A DNA stretch of 60,309 nucleotides from a virus (IMGVR_UViG_3300048824_000144:1-60309); one strand, 5' to 3'. Numbered from the stretch's first letter, positions 9,074 through 17,271 are shown. Program-made: numbers and translations. The notes: generated by a model from the sequence alone, not told the origin.

Positions 9074-9411
9074 TGCAAAAGCGCCTTCGCCAGAAAATGC
9101 CCGAGCGCCAGGATACCGACTTCCGCGCCTTTGGCCGCGGCGCCGCCCACCAGCGCGTAGAGCAGCGCCACGCGGATCTTGCTGTAGCTCAGCCGGCTGT
9201 TCAGCAGCTTGATGGTGGTATCGCGCTCGCTGATCGACAAATGCTGCGAGGCAATGATCCTGTCGCGGTCGCCAACGGCCGCGCTGAGAATTCGAAGTTG
9301 CCGCCAGTTCTCGTTGAGCTGGTCGCGCAGCACCGCGGGAGAAGAGTCCCGATACTGATTCTTGCGGTCGGGGTTCGTGCTCTCGGGAACCGGTTTGGGA
9401 TCCAAATCCAT
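9070..9411 (-). CDS. coiled-coil protein with C-terminal membrane helix
   Basis: 113 aa; heptad-like middle, C-terminal VALLYALVGGAAAKGAEVGILALG; first gene after leader repeat A. Confidence 0.6.
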   Translation of the reverse strand: MDLDPKPVPESTNPDRKNQYRDSSPAVLRDQLNENWRQLRILSAAVGDRDRIIASQHLSISERDTTIKLLNSRLSYSKIRVALLYALVGGAAAKGAEVGILALGHFLAKALLQ

Positions 9412-9436
9412 GGCTTACCTGCTTTTTGAGTCGTAC

Positions 9437-9534
9437 GTGCATCGGATTTCGAATCCGATGCTCTAGCCAAACCCACCGCTATTTGATTGAGCGCACAGGC
9501 GGGGAAACCCGCCTCTGGCGGTTCTATGGCTGTT
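9437..9534 (-). repeat. leader repeat A (paralogue of 52488-52585)
   Basis: 98 nt align without gaps to 52488-52585 with 17 mismatches counted by eye, including an exact 24-mer GCCTCTGGCGGTTCTATGGCTGTT (9511-9534); two hairpins; tRNA-like GCGGTGG...TAGAGCA-anticodon-arm segment on the minus strand. Confidence 0.8.
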
Positions 9535-9718
9535 TCGCCCCCGGAATCGTGCCCAGTTCGGAACCCAACCGCTTCGCCGGCGGCGCCGGCGTCGGGAACA
9601 GTCCGTAATCGTTGTAGACCACTAGCGCCAGCATCAGCAGCATTTCACTGGAGAGATCGCTTCCCCCTGGCGTAGCTCTGAGAAACGCGACGTCGACCGC
9701 GGCCATACACCATCCCAT
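9524..9718 (-). CDS. possible small hydrophobic protein
   Basis: internal ATG of the 9524-9793 ORF (MGWCMAAVDVAF...); weak RBS; stop lies inside repeat A. Confidence 0.3.
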   Translation of the reverse strand: MGWCMAAVDVAFLRATPGGSDLSSEMLLMLALVVYNDYGLFPTPAPPAKRLGSELGTIPGAKQP

Positions 9719-9796
9719 GAACGTGCAGCCCGGCGGAGTTCGGAAACGTCCCGCCGGCGGCCCGGAGCTGCTGTTAGCCTTCTTGGGAGACACATC

Positions 9797-10435
9797 TTAC
9801 TCACACACCGCTGAGGGCCGGCTGTCATCGCCAGGGCGAGGATTCGCCACGCTATCTCGACGAGCGTCCGGCGGCGCATCGCTGGTGGCAGGAGCCAGAT
9901 AAGATCCGCGCGAAGAAAATGCTTTCCAGCGGTCCGCATAAGCGTGCCCGCCGAAGGCCAGCGTGGCCTTGTCGTCGAACGTGTCTTTCTCGCGACGTCC
10001 GATGGCTTTCACTTTCTGTTGCGCGCGCTGCACCAAATGCCGCGGCGCCGGCGCTTCCTCGCGCCAGTCTTTGAGATCGCCCGCGATGCCCACGTTCGCT
10101 TCCATCTCCGCCAGCGAAATGCTGGCCGCGCTGTCCGGAGTCTGGCTGGGAGTGAACCGCGGCGACACCGGCGCCAGCTCGCAGAGCTGGAACGCCTTGC
10201 AGCGGTTGATGTAGCGCCCGCGTCCCGCCGCTTTCATGGCATCGGCCTGCGCCTGGGTCACCGAATAAGGCGTGGGAAGGCTCTGGTTCTGATCGATGTA
10301 GAACAGGGGCACGCCGGTAACCGCCGGAGCGGTGGCCGCGGTCGCTAGGGCGAGGGCGAGACGCTCCCGCTTTCCCAGGCGCAGGTGGGCGCACCCGTGC
10401 CTTCGGCAATCACGATTGCATTGATGGGGATTCAT
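9797..10435 (-). CDS. hypothetical protein
   Basis: 212 aa from internal ATG (MNPHQCNRDC...); balanced composition after the first 30 aa. Confidence 0.55.
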   Translation of the reverse strand: MNPHQCNRDCRRHGCAHLRLGKRERLALALATAATAPAVTGVPLFYIDQNQSLPTPYSVTQAQADAMKAAGRGRYINRCKAFQLCELAPVSPRFTPSQTPDSAASISLAEMEANVGIAGDLKDWREEAPAPRHLVQRAQQKVKAIGRREKDTFDDKATLAFGGHAYADRWKAFSSRGSYLAPATSDAPPDARRDSVANPRPGDDSRPSAVCE

Positions 10436-10552
10436 AGGATTTTTCAGGAGTTGAAGCGGAGATGCCCGTGGACGGACGGGTAGCGCCAGAGATGCGCCTT
10501 GGGTTGCCGGGGCGTCGACGCCGCCCATTCGGGAGGCGACCGGCTCTTACCT

Positions 10553-10566
10553 AGCTTTCAGCTTTC
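10553..10566. repeat. tandem AGCTTTC x2
   Basis: ctagctttcagctttcagcg read directly. Confidence 0.4.
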
Positions 10567-10712
10567 AGCGACAGGAGCAACAGGAAGGATGAAGCCACAG
10601 GAAGAACGTATGCGTTGAACCGGGTCGCGACCCAGATTCTTCCTGTTTTTCGCCGAGTATAACAGGTTACGAAAGTGCTGCCCCGGAATTCGTGGCGAAC
10701 CAGCCTCGCCAC

Positions 10713-10934
10713 TTATGCCGTTTGGCGGGCATTCTCCCCGTTTGGCACGGGTTTCGCCTCCGAAACCAGCCGCAGCAGTTGGCCCGGCGTGGTAACCACG
10801 GAGGGTTGCTGGGAACAGTCGACGTACTCTTCCACGCGGCCGTCGCATCGGCAGCGCAGAGAGCCAGAGATCAGGTCGATCAGCGCCATCTGCTGGGAGT
10901 GAGTCAGCTCCAGGACGAACTTTCCATTCTCCAT
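10713..10934 (-). CDS. hypothetical protein
   Basis: 73 aa from ATG 10934 (MENGKFVLELTHSQQ...) with GGAGG RBS 7 nt upstream. Confidence 0.6.
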   Translation of the reverse strand: MENGKFVLELTHSQQMALIDLISGSLRCRCDGRVEEYVDCSQQPSVVTTPGQLLRLVSEAKPVPNGENARQTA

Positions 10935-10989
10935 CGCGCGCCTCCGCAAATTGTCGGGGGCCAGCCGCGTGCCTGCAGCCAGCCCCCTG

Positions 10990-11061
10990 TCGAGTCAGGC
11001 GGAGTCGAACCGCCTACCTCCTGATTATGAGTCAGGTGCTCTGCCAATGAGCTATGACAGT
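10990..11061 (-). tRNA. tRNA-Met(CAT)-like, defective acceptor stem (possible pseudogene)
   Basis: good D arm GCTC/GAGC, anticodon arm CCTGA-CTCATAA-TCAGG and T arm GGCGG-TTCGACT-CCGCC, but only 4 of 7 acceptor pairs; the 3' strand looks interrupted (TGAC-TCGA-CAG); no CCA. Confidence 0.4.
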
Positions 11062-11113
11062 AGGTCGCAGTCTGACATCGGCGCTTCCCGGCCCGCTACA
11101 AACTCCACCCTGA

Positions 11114-11144
11114 TCTGGCTGCTCTACCACTGAGCTACGCCGGC
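11114..11144 (-). other. tRNA 5' half fragment (acceptor GCCGGCG + D arm)
   Basis: GCCGGCGTAGCTCAGTGGTAGAGCAGCCAGA, then no matching anticodon/T arm. Confidence 0.6.
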
Positions 11145-11153
11145 ATTTGTTTT

Positions 11154-11187
11154 TGGGGCCGGCGGTGGGATTCGAACCCACGCGCAC
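11154..11187 (-). other. tRNA 3' fragment (T arm + acceptor CGCCGGC + C + CCA)
   Basis: GTGGGTTCGAATCCCAC CGCCGGC C CCA; its acceptor strand is the exact complement of the 5' half that lies 9 nt downstream. Confidence 0.6.
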
Positions 11188-11335
11188 CATTTCTAGAATT
11201 TGCACGTCCGTTGCCGCCTTTCCTGCTGTGATCCTTCGGGGTGATAGCCTGACCAGAGCGCCTTCCAGCGCCCTCTTCATCCTGAGTCTGAGCCGCACCC
11301 TGAATCTGGATAACCCTTGCGGGTCACCCCACTCG

Positions 11336-12118
11336 TTAGGCTGACTGCTGGGCTCCCGCTTCGAACACCGGCTGAAACACGTAATCCAGCAGCTTCTTGC
11401 CAATCTTGTTGCCCGCCACTTCCACGTCCGTCTCGTTGGCTTTGGCCCGCGCTTTCCGCACCGCGCGCAGCAGCATGTCGCAGCGATCGAGCAAGTCCGA
11501 CTTCATGGCAGGAGTGAGCATAGCAGACCATTCCAGCTCTTGGATCGCGCCCACCGGAACGTCCTCGTTGTAGACCTGCGTCTGCCGCGGATGTTCCTTG
11601 GTGGCCGGCGCCAGCTCGAGAACTTTCGGCTCTTTCTTAGTTCTCGTCTTGTTGACCAGCCGCGCCTGGTAGATGCCCTTCCCGCGCTGTGTGTCCGGCT
11701 GAAAGCCTTTGGCCGGGTCCAGCGTGGGAATCGCCGCCACCAGGTCCGAGACTTCTTTGATCCGCTTTTCCAGTTGCAGCAGCGACGTGGCCGGAATTCC
11801 GGTGAGCAGCGTGGATCCATCTTCGGTCACCACGTCGGCAATCGCCTCGGTGTTCGCGACGTCGACTTGGTGGGCCACGTCCCAGGCCTTCGCCATCACG
11901 CCCGTAATCCATGTGATCTCTTTCAGCACCGTCGACTGGATATCGGACTGCGTTTCCGTCACCGCCTGGGCGTTCTCGGAGTTGGGAGTGAACGTCACTC
12001 TTTTTTCCTCGAACAGGTGGCGCTTCTTGTGGAAGGTTTCAATTAGCTCTCCGCGCGTCTTGTTGGCTTGCGTGGAGAGATTCGATTCAACCGCCAGCAG
12101 CTCGTGCAACTTTGCCAT
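11336..12118 (-). CDS. conserved-looking hypothetical protein (260 aa)
   Basis: MAKLHELLAVESNL... long N-terminal helix, balanced composition throughout; last gene of the leftward operon. Confidence 0.7.
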   Translation of the reverse strand: MAKLHELLAVESNLSTQANKTRGELIETFHKKRHLFEEKRVTFTPNSENAQAVTETQSDIQSTVLKEITWITGVMAKAWDVAHQVDVANTEAIADVVTEDGSTLLTGIPATSLLQLEKRIKEVSDLVAAIPTLDPAKGFQPDTQRGKGIYQARLVNKTRTKKEPKVLELAPATKEHPRQTQVYNEDVPVGAIQELEWSAMLTPAMKSDLLDRCDMLLRAVRKARAKANETDVEVAGNKIGKKLLDYVFQPVFEAGAQQSA

Positions 12119-12171
12119 GATCCTTCATCCTCACAAATTAGATTTACAACAAATCCGCAATTGAAAAGTCG

Positions 12172-12582
12172 CTAGTCCAGCGCCAGCGCCGCCGAACGCG
12201 GCCGCGAAGCAGCCCCGCGTCCGCGATCTCTGCGCGGCGTGCCCTTAGGCCATGCGTCCTGCAATGTCTTTTCATAGCCCTCACTGGCCAGCGGCAACTG
12301 ATCCGGTTTCCCCGAATACGTGGCCACCGCTTCGAGCGCATTCTGCAGCGCGCCTTGCGCGTTGCGCGAGATCCATGTGGGCAGGCACTTGTCCGCGTGG
12401 ACGTGATGATAGCGGCCCGTGCCGGCCGCGGCATCGTCCCACCCCATGATGGTGATTCCCTTGACCCAGCGGCCGTTCGAAATCAGCAGCATGGCAGCGC
12501 GCTCGATCAGCACGCAGGGACGCCGCGCAGCGCCGTCGCCGGCGCAAGGTTCGGTACAAACGTCGCAGGAAAATGAGATCAT
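12172..12582 (-). CDS. hypothetical protein
   Basis: 136 aa; overlaps the upstream stop. Confidence 0.5.
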   Translation of the reverse strand: MISFSCDVCTEPCAGDGAARRPCVLIERAAMLLISNGRWVKGITIMGWDDAAAGTGRYHHVHADKCLPTWISRNAQGALQNALEAVATYSGKPDQLPLASEGYEKTLQDAWPKGTPRRDRGRGAASRPRSAALALD

Positions 12583-12950
12583 TGTTTCGAACCCCGCTCC
12601 ACAGTCTGCCCCGGATTGGTGCGGTTAGGCTCCTGCAGCGCACCTCCGCCGCTGGCCCGCGGCTCCGGCTTCGTAGGCTTGGGGAGCGGCCAGGGCAAGC
12701 CGTTCTTGCAATTGCGGCTCATTGCGGTAGTGCAGCCCGATACCAACAGGCGAATCTGCGGCTTCTCGGGACGATCCGTGAGCAGGTGCAGGAGTTCCTC
12801 CATGCAGTCCCTTGTCCGGGGCATCGTATCGAAATGCGGCTCGTAAACCCTGGTTCCGAGGTCAAGGATGAGACATTGCAGGCAGACAAGGCTCTGGCCA
12901 CACTGCTCGCGGCAGACGGCGCAGTGCCGCCCGTAATAGATGTGGCTCAC
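12579..12950 (-). CDS. Cys-rich hypothetical protein
   Basis: 123 aa; CAVC...CGQSLVCLQC cluster at the N-terminus. Confidence 0.6.
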   Translation of the reverse strand: MSHIYYGRHCAVCREQCGQSLVCLQCLILDLGTRVYEPHFDTMPRTRDCMEELLHLLTDRPEKPQIRLLVSGCTTAMSRNCKNGLPWPLPKPTKPEPRASGGGALQEPNRTNPGQTVERGSKQ

Positions 12951-13183
12951 TCGCTCCCCTTGCGTTCGTTTTCGGCCGCGCCCATGACCGGCGCTTGAGC
13001 CGGCTGCTTGCGGTTGCGTCCTTCGCGGAAGAGCTGGCGATTATAGGCCTGCTCCGCCCGGTCGACAAAGCCCACGCCCTGGCTCGGCCACACCGAGGGA
13101 TGGGCCAACGGCTCCGCCTCGCGCATGTAAGGCGGCCGCGCCACTTCCCACTTCGTTACCTCGTCCCCATACCGCGCCATCAC
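12947..13183 (-). CDS. hypothetical protein
   Basis: 78 aa, coupled on both sides. Confidence 0.6.
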   Translation of the reverse strand: MMARYGDEVTKWEVARPPYMREAEPLAHPSVWPSQGVGFVDRAEQAYNRQLFREGRNRKQPAQAPVMGAAENERKGSE

Positions 13184-13545
13184 GCCACCCGGCTTTCTTT
13201 CCTCTCAGCCTGACGTTCCCTGGGGATGATCGAAGTCGCACGATCGCGGTTACGCGATCTCTTGGCGTCCGGCGCCCTGTACTCGAAACTCCTCTGCTGC
13301 GGCAACCGGCGGAGTCCCAATCGAATCTCTTTCGGCAGGCCGGCAATGCCCAGCTCCTCCACCGCGCGGCTCAGGGTGTTGCGGTGCATTCCCAGCGCCT
13401 GCGCCGTGCGGCACATATTGCCGCGGTGTTGCTGCAGCGAGATCTCGATCATTTCCTTTTTGAGTTCTCTGGCGCCCTCGCCCGGAGTCATGCCTGCCAG
13501 CAACATCTGCTGGGCTAGCTGGCCGATCATCAATCTCGATTCCAT
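13180..13545 (-). CDS. Fis-type (HTH_8) DNA-binding protein
   Basis: ISLQQHRGNMCRTAQALGMHRNTLSRAVEELGI matches the Fis/NtrC C-terminal HTH pattern; ATG 13545 with GAGGAG RBS. Confidence 0.7.
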   Translation of the reverse strand: MESRLMIGQLAQQMLLAGMTPGEGARELKKEMIEISLQQHRGNMCRTAQALGMHRNTLSRAVEELGIAGLPKEIRLGLRRLPQQRSFEYRAPDAKRSRNRDRATSIIPRERQAERKESRVA

Positions 13546-13843
13546 AAGTCTCCTCAGTCCTTCCCGACACCCGCGCCGCCGCCTTTTTGTCGGCTTCCTC
13601 CATCCAGGCGATGTACTGCGTGACCTCGGGAAGTTTGAGATCAGCGGCCAAGGCTTGAACGTGAGGAACCAACCGGGGAGCGAGTAACGACAGGTTGCAT
13701 AGCGTGTCCACCAGCGCCAGGTATTGCTCCGGGCCGATGCGAATGGTTTGCGCCCCGATCGACAGATCGCTGCCAAGGACGGGGTGTTTTACGGAGAGCA
13801 GAGCGGACTCCCCGCGACGATCGATAGGGTGTGCTGCGTTCAT
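13250..13843 (-). CDS. hypothetical protein; only the first ~90 codons look coding (frame problem at an A5 run)
   Basis: N-terminus MNAAHPIDRRGESALLSVKHPVLG... is protein-like; after GAC AAA AAG (13584-13588) the frame turns Arg/Gly/Pro-rich and overlaps the Fis-like gene. Confidence 0.4.
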   Translation of the reverse strand: MNAAHPIDRRGESALLSVKHPVLGSDLSIGAQTIRIGPEQYLALVDTLCNLSLLAPRLVPHVQALAADLKLPEVTQYIAWMEEADKKAAARVSGRTEETYGIEIDDRPASPADVAGRHDSGRGRQRTQKGNDRDLAAATPRQYVPHGAGAGNAPQHPEPRGGGAGHCRPAERDSIGTPPVAAAEEFRVQGAGRQEIA

Positions 13844-14114
13844 TCAAGGCCGTTCTAATCCCGGAGGAGCCAGGGCCAAAGCCGGAGGCACGGTAACGGT
13901 CACCGCTGTCTGTCGGCATGGCCGGTTCTGGTGGTCTGTTCATTGGCCGGGCCGCAGAAACAGGCAAAACTGCGACCGGACAATGGCTCTGGCGATTCTC
14001 CGCGACCTCCTTTCCTCTCCGAATTCGTAAATCACATCGGCGCGCGTCCGAGGGGAAGCCCCAGCAGCTCGTCGAGATGGTTTACCTTCTGCGGCGGGTT
14101 ACGCCGCAAAACTC

Positions 14115-14618
14115 TTAGCGCCCCGGCTTGTCAGCCGGGCCCGGTTCTTGCTCCTCTTCCGCGAAGGCGATTGGCGGCACCATCACCCGCTCGGCATTGT
14201 CGCCGCCGGCCTTGGTGACCCTCGAGACGTGGAACCAGTGCGAACTCTCCAGCGTTTTCTTTTCCTTGTCGATGGGCGGGCGCAGCGTCACATCGACGCG
14301 GCCGGTGAGATCGAAGTTGACCGCCTCGACGACGCCCTGGAAGCCGGTTATGGCGTCCGTCGCTTGGTAGCCGAGCAGCGCGAGACTCCCCGCCGCATCG
14401 CTAAATGGGGGAACTGGCACCACGGGCTGCGTGCCTGATTTCTCCAGCCGTCCGCCGTCAAAAAAGCGCCCGCCTTCCAGCTTTCCTTTGTCGTCGATGG
14501 ATGGAGTGACCCACGGCTGAATGCAGCCGTAGAGATCGTAGGAGACGGATTCGACAACGCCGCTGAAACCGGTGATGCGGTCGGTCACGCGGTAGCCGAG
14601 CAGATTGAGATACTTCAT
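14115..14618 (-). CDS. hypothetical protein with internal duplication
   Basis: two copies of LLGY..TD.ITGF.GVVE.V..DL.G separated by about 85 aa. Confidence 0.7.
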   Translation of the reverse strand: MKYLNLLGYRVTDRITGFSGVVESVSYDLYGCIQPWVTPSIDDKGKLEGGRFFDGGRLEKSGTQPVVPVPPFSDAAGSLALLGYQATDAITGFQGVVEAVNFDLTGRVDVTLRPPIDKEKKTLESSHWFHVSRVTKAGGDNAERVMVPPIAFAEEEQEPGPADKPGR

Positions 14619-14644
14619 GTTTTCCTCCGAACCTGATTTGCGAG

Positions 14645-14974
14645 TTAGGCCGAGGCCGATCGCACCGCGTGCGGCCGATTATCTTGTGCCTGTGGGTCGG
14701 TGCCGGCGGGCTGCTTGGCATCGCCGTCCCCTTCCAATTCCTTTTTCAGCGACACGCGCAGCAGCGCCGCTACTTCAAGACTCAGCTTGATCTCGAAACC
14801 GTCCACGTTGCCTGGCGCTTTGAAGACCATCTTGCGTATGAAGAAATACCGCTCGTCCTCTTTGGCCCCGCGGAATTCGATCAGGTCCACTTTGGCGCGC
14901 GGCCCGTTCACCAGATTCACCACCAGTCGCTCGCCCGGAACTTGTTCCGAGCGCGACATAACTCCCGTCGTCAT
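14645..14974 (-). CDS. hypothetical protein
   Basis: 109 aa from ATG 14974 with GAGAGGAGA RBS. Confidence 0.65.
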   Translation of the reverse strand: MTTGVMSRSEQVPGERLVVNLVNGPRAKVDLIEFRGAKEDERYFFIRKMVFKAPGNVDGFEIKLSLEVAALLRVSLKKELEGDGDAKQPAGTDPQAQDNRPHAVRSASA

Positions 14975-15011
14975 TGCCCGTCTCCTCTCTTCGATCAAAG
15001 TTAACTGCCAG

Positions 15012-15389
15012 TCAAACAACATTGGCCCCGCCATGCGGCCGCGGAGCCACAGAGAAGTCGCGTCCGGACTCTCGGGATAACGGATCGCCCGTGCCCTGGG
15101 CGCGGGCGCCCTTTCCAACTAACGCAGCTCCCCTCGCGGGTTGCTGGATTGCCTCTCCGTGGCTCCGTGGCGGCACGGGGCCGATGGTCACCACACCCGG
15201 CTCCCGGAATTGCAGGTTGCGGGATCTTGCGAAGGCGACCAGCTCCTCGATCGCTTCCCCAATGCCCAGCGTTCGATTGTTCTTGAAACCGTCACTCTCA
15301 TCGCGCCAGCCCGTGAGATAGGCGATGGTCGGCTCAGTCAGCGCGAGATGAAGCCGGCGGCGCACACCGGAGGCGCGATGTCGGCTCAC
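15012..15389 (-). CDS. hypothetical protein
   Basis: GTG 15389 overlaps the upstream stop (GTGA); the middle part LHLALTEPTIAYLTGWRDESDGFKNNRTLGIGEAIEELVAFAR looks coding, the C-terminus less so. Confidence 0.45.
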   Translation of the reverse strand: MSRHRASGVRRRLHLALTEPTIAYLTGWRDESDGFKNNRTLGIGEAIEELVAFARSRNLQFREPGVVTIGPVPPRSHGEAIQQPARGAALVGKGARAQGTGDPLSRESGRDFSVAPRPHGGANVV

Positions 15390-15709
15390 TGGATCGCCTC
15401 CGTCTCGGCGGGGAAGAGGAATTCCACCGGCATCGCGGTCTTGAACGGCGGCGGGCTCAGCTCGTAGGCGCGCCGATCTTTCAGATACATTTCGGCATGG
15501 AAGAGCGTGCAAGCGCCTTCCTTGTTGTCCAGGTCATACTCCCGCTCGGCCGCGTCGATCAGGTCGAAGCGCGCTTCCAGATCGCAGGCGCGGAAGATCA
15601 TCTCTCGCGCCACCCGCGGGAAGTCCGTCAAGTCGTTGCGCCCCGCTTTGAAGCGGCCGTTTACGACGACGCCGTGTTCCAGCTTCTTGAAGTACGGTTT
15701 GCCGCTCAT
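15386..15709 (-). CDS. hypothetical protein
   Basis: 107 aa from ATG 15709 (MSGKPYFKKLEHG...), ATGA overlap. Confidence 0.65.
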   Translation of the reverse strand: MSGKPYFKKLEHGVVVNGRFKAGRNDLTDFPRVAREMIFRACDLEARFDLIDAAEREYDLDNKEGACTLFHAEMYLKDRRAYELSPPPFKTAMPVEFLFPAETEAIQ

Positions 15710-15978
15710 GAAGCAGCCTTTCCCGCACCCGGTAGGATCTGCTGGACCGGCCCGCCGGCACGCGCGCTGGCGCGTTTCTGCAGCCACTCCCGCGCGGCCG
15801 CATGCGCTTCCTCGTACCCCTCACCAAAACGCTGCCAGAGCGCACGCTGCATGGGCTTCGGGAGGGCGTGATAGCAGCCCCGGCAGAAGCCGTTTTTGGG
15901 CGGCTTGGCGCCCTGGCAGATGCAACATTCCGTGGCCATGAACTCCATCCAGGCCTGCGCTCTCTCCGCCGCGCTCAT
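15706..15978 (-). CDS. Cys-rich hypothetical protein
   Basis: 90 aa; CCICQG...CRGC. Confidence 0.65.
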   Translation of the reverse strand: MSAAERAQAWMEFMATECCICQGAKPPKNGFCRGCYHALPKPMQRALWQRFGEGYEEAHAAAREWLQKRASARAGGPVQQILPGAGKAAS

Positions 15979-16322
15979 GAGGCAGCCTCGCGCCGCGAAC
16001 TATCCTTGGCTTCGTTCGCACCGGCCGGCATCCCCTCGTTCACAAGGCGGCCGCTCTGGGGGGGGTGAGAGAAAAAGTTTTGAGGATCGGCAAAGACCAT
16101 GCCGCAAAAGCCGCAGTGCGGGCACGCGGCGTCGGGAGGCTTGCTGTGCCCGCAGCTCAGGCAAGGCTCCAGCAGAACCTTGATGGGTTGCGGCTCCGGG
16201 TCAGGCCACCGCGGTTCGACGGAGGGACCGCGCACCAGGTAAACCCGCGGGTGCCAGCGCCACACGGCATAGATGGCAAACGGCACAGTGATCGCTAGCG
16301 CCACGCTCAGGGCAGTCGTCAT
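15975..16322 (-). CDS. membrane-anchored Cys-rich protein
   Basis: 115 aa; N-terminal TM MTTALSVALAITVPFAIYAVW; CLSC...CPHC. Confidence 0.65.
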   Translation of the reverse strand: MTTALSVALAITVPFAIYAVWRWHPRVYLVRGPSVEPRWPDPEPQPIKVLLEPCLSCGHSKPPDAACPHCGFCGMVFADPQNFFSHPPQSGRLVNEGMPAGANEAKDSSRREAAS

Positions 16323-16555
16323 GCCGGCACCGCCGCACCCATGACCTGTGATCTCGCCAGCCGCATCGCGGCGATGGCTTCGGGGGGCGTCACCGGATCG
16401 GGGCCGGAATAAATTTCGAAGGTAGCCATGCCGCAGACGGTGCAGATGTGCGTGCGCTCCTCATCGAGCGAGCTGTGAGCCCAGACCACGCCGTCGTTAG
16501 GGCATTTGTGCTTGTGCCCCATGTCGTCATAGTCCGCATAGATCACGACGCTCAT
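16319..16555 (-). CDS. hypothetical zinc-ribbon-like protein
   Basis: 78 aa; HKC...CTVC. Confidence 0.65.
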   Translation of the reverse strand: MSVVIYADYDDMGHKHKCPNDGVVWAHSSLDEERTHICTVCGMATFEIYSGPDPVTPPEAIAAMRLARSQVMGAAVPA

Positions 16556-16779
16556 GCGGCTGGCCTCCTTTCTGGCGCTGGCTTCTTCTCAGGCGCCGCA
16601 TCCGCCGCATCCGCGGAAGTGCGCTCCCGCAGGATCGCGCCGATGACGGTATGCAGCCGCTCCAGCTCGTGGAGGCGCAAGCGAAGATGCTGCACGCTCA
16701 CCCCGCCGGCTGAGCTGCCATGGAACTCGGTTTCGCGCAGGGGTGACGAGATTGCCCTCGTCGCGGTGTTCGAGCACAT
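16552..16779 (-). CDS. hypothetical protein (possibly the C-terminal half of a gene split at 16740-16743)
   Basis: coding-looking from LRETEFHGSSAGGVSVQHLRLRLHELERLH onward. Confidence 0.45.
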   Translation of the reverse strand: MCSNTATRAISSPLRETEFHGSSAGGVSVQHLRLRLHELERLHTVIGAILRERTSADAADAAPEKKPAPERRPAA

Positions 16780-16927
16780 CGATCAGGCGGCAGGGCGTCG
16801 ATACCACGCTCGACACCACGGTCTGGCTGATCTCGGTGAAGGTGCGAGCGAGCTGATAGTGGGCCGCGGCATCGTGGACATCAACGCGCGCGCCGTGGCC
16901 GTTGCTGCCGTTGCGGGAGCTTTTCAT
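16589..16927 (-). CDS. hypothetical protein (possibly the N-terminal half of the same split gene)
   Basis: coding-looking up to ...LIDVLEHRDEGNLVT, then Arg/Ala/Gly-rich. Confidence 0.45.
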   Translation of the reverse strand: MKSSRNGSNGHGARVDVHDAAAHYQLARTFTEISQTVVSSVVSTPCRLIDVLEHRDEGNLVTPARNRVPWQLSRRGERAASSLAPPRAGAAAYRHRRDPAGAHFRGCGGCGA

Positions 16928-17271
16928 GGGTACTCCGTTCCGTGATTGACAAACCAGTCGATCGCTTGATCGAGCATGGCGGGATCAACCAAATTGCCAC
17001 GAATCTGCTGCCGAATAGTCAGCTCCTCGGCGAGTTCGCGGGCCTCGAGATAAGCCTTTTCAACACACAGAGGGTTCGAGCAGACGTCAGGCTGGATCCA
17101 CTGGCAGGGAACGATGCGGCAGAAGGGGGGAGCCGTCACCAGGGCGTCGGTGCGGCCAGGGGGAAGGATGAGCGGGTCGAGGTCCGGGGAGATCTGGACT
17201 TCGATCAGCCGGCAGGCCCGGCGTTCGGTACACGCGCAGAATTTGCAGGCGCTGGGAGCCTCAGCAGCCAT
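16924..17271 (-). CDS. Cys-rich hypothetical protein, first gene of leftward operon
   Basis: 115 aa; CKFCAC...C...C. Confidence 0.65.
   Translation of the reverse strand: MAAEAPSACKFCACTERRACRLIEVQISPDLDPLILPPGRTDALVTAPPFCRIVPCQWIQPDVCSNPLCVEKAYLEARELAEELTIRQQIRGNLVDPAMLDQAIDWFVNHGTEYP

Noticed and set aside
8616-9212. 198-aa plus-strand ORF in the tail operon
   Set aside because: Ser/Arg/Ala/Pro-rich and overlapping two coupled minus-strand genes.
11154-11340. tmRNA or two-piece permuted ssrA at the tRNA-fragment locus
   Set aside because: The downstream piece has an ordinary tRNA D arm (TAGCTCAGTGGTAGAGC) rather than a tmRNA-type 5' end. No tag reading frame or pseudoknot-like repeats were seen.
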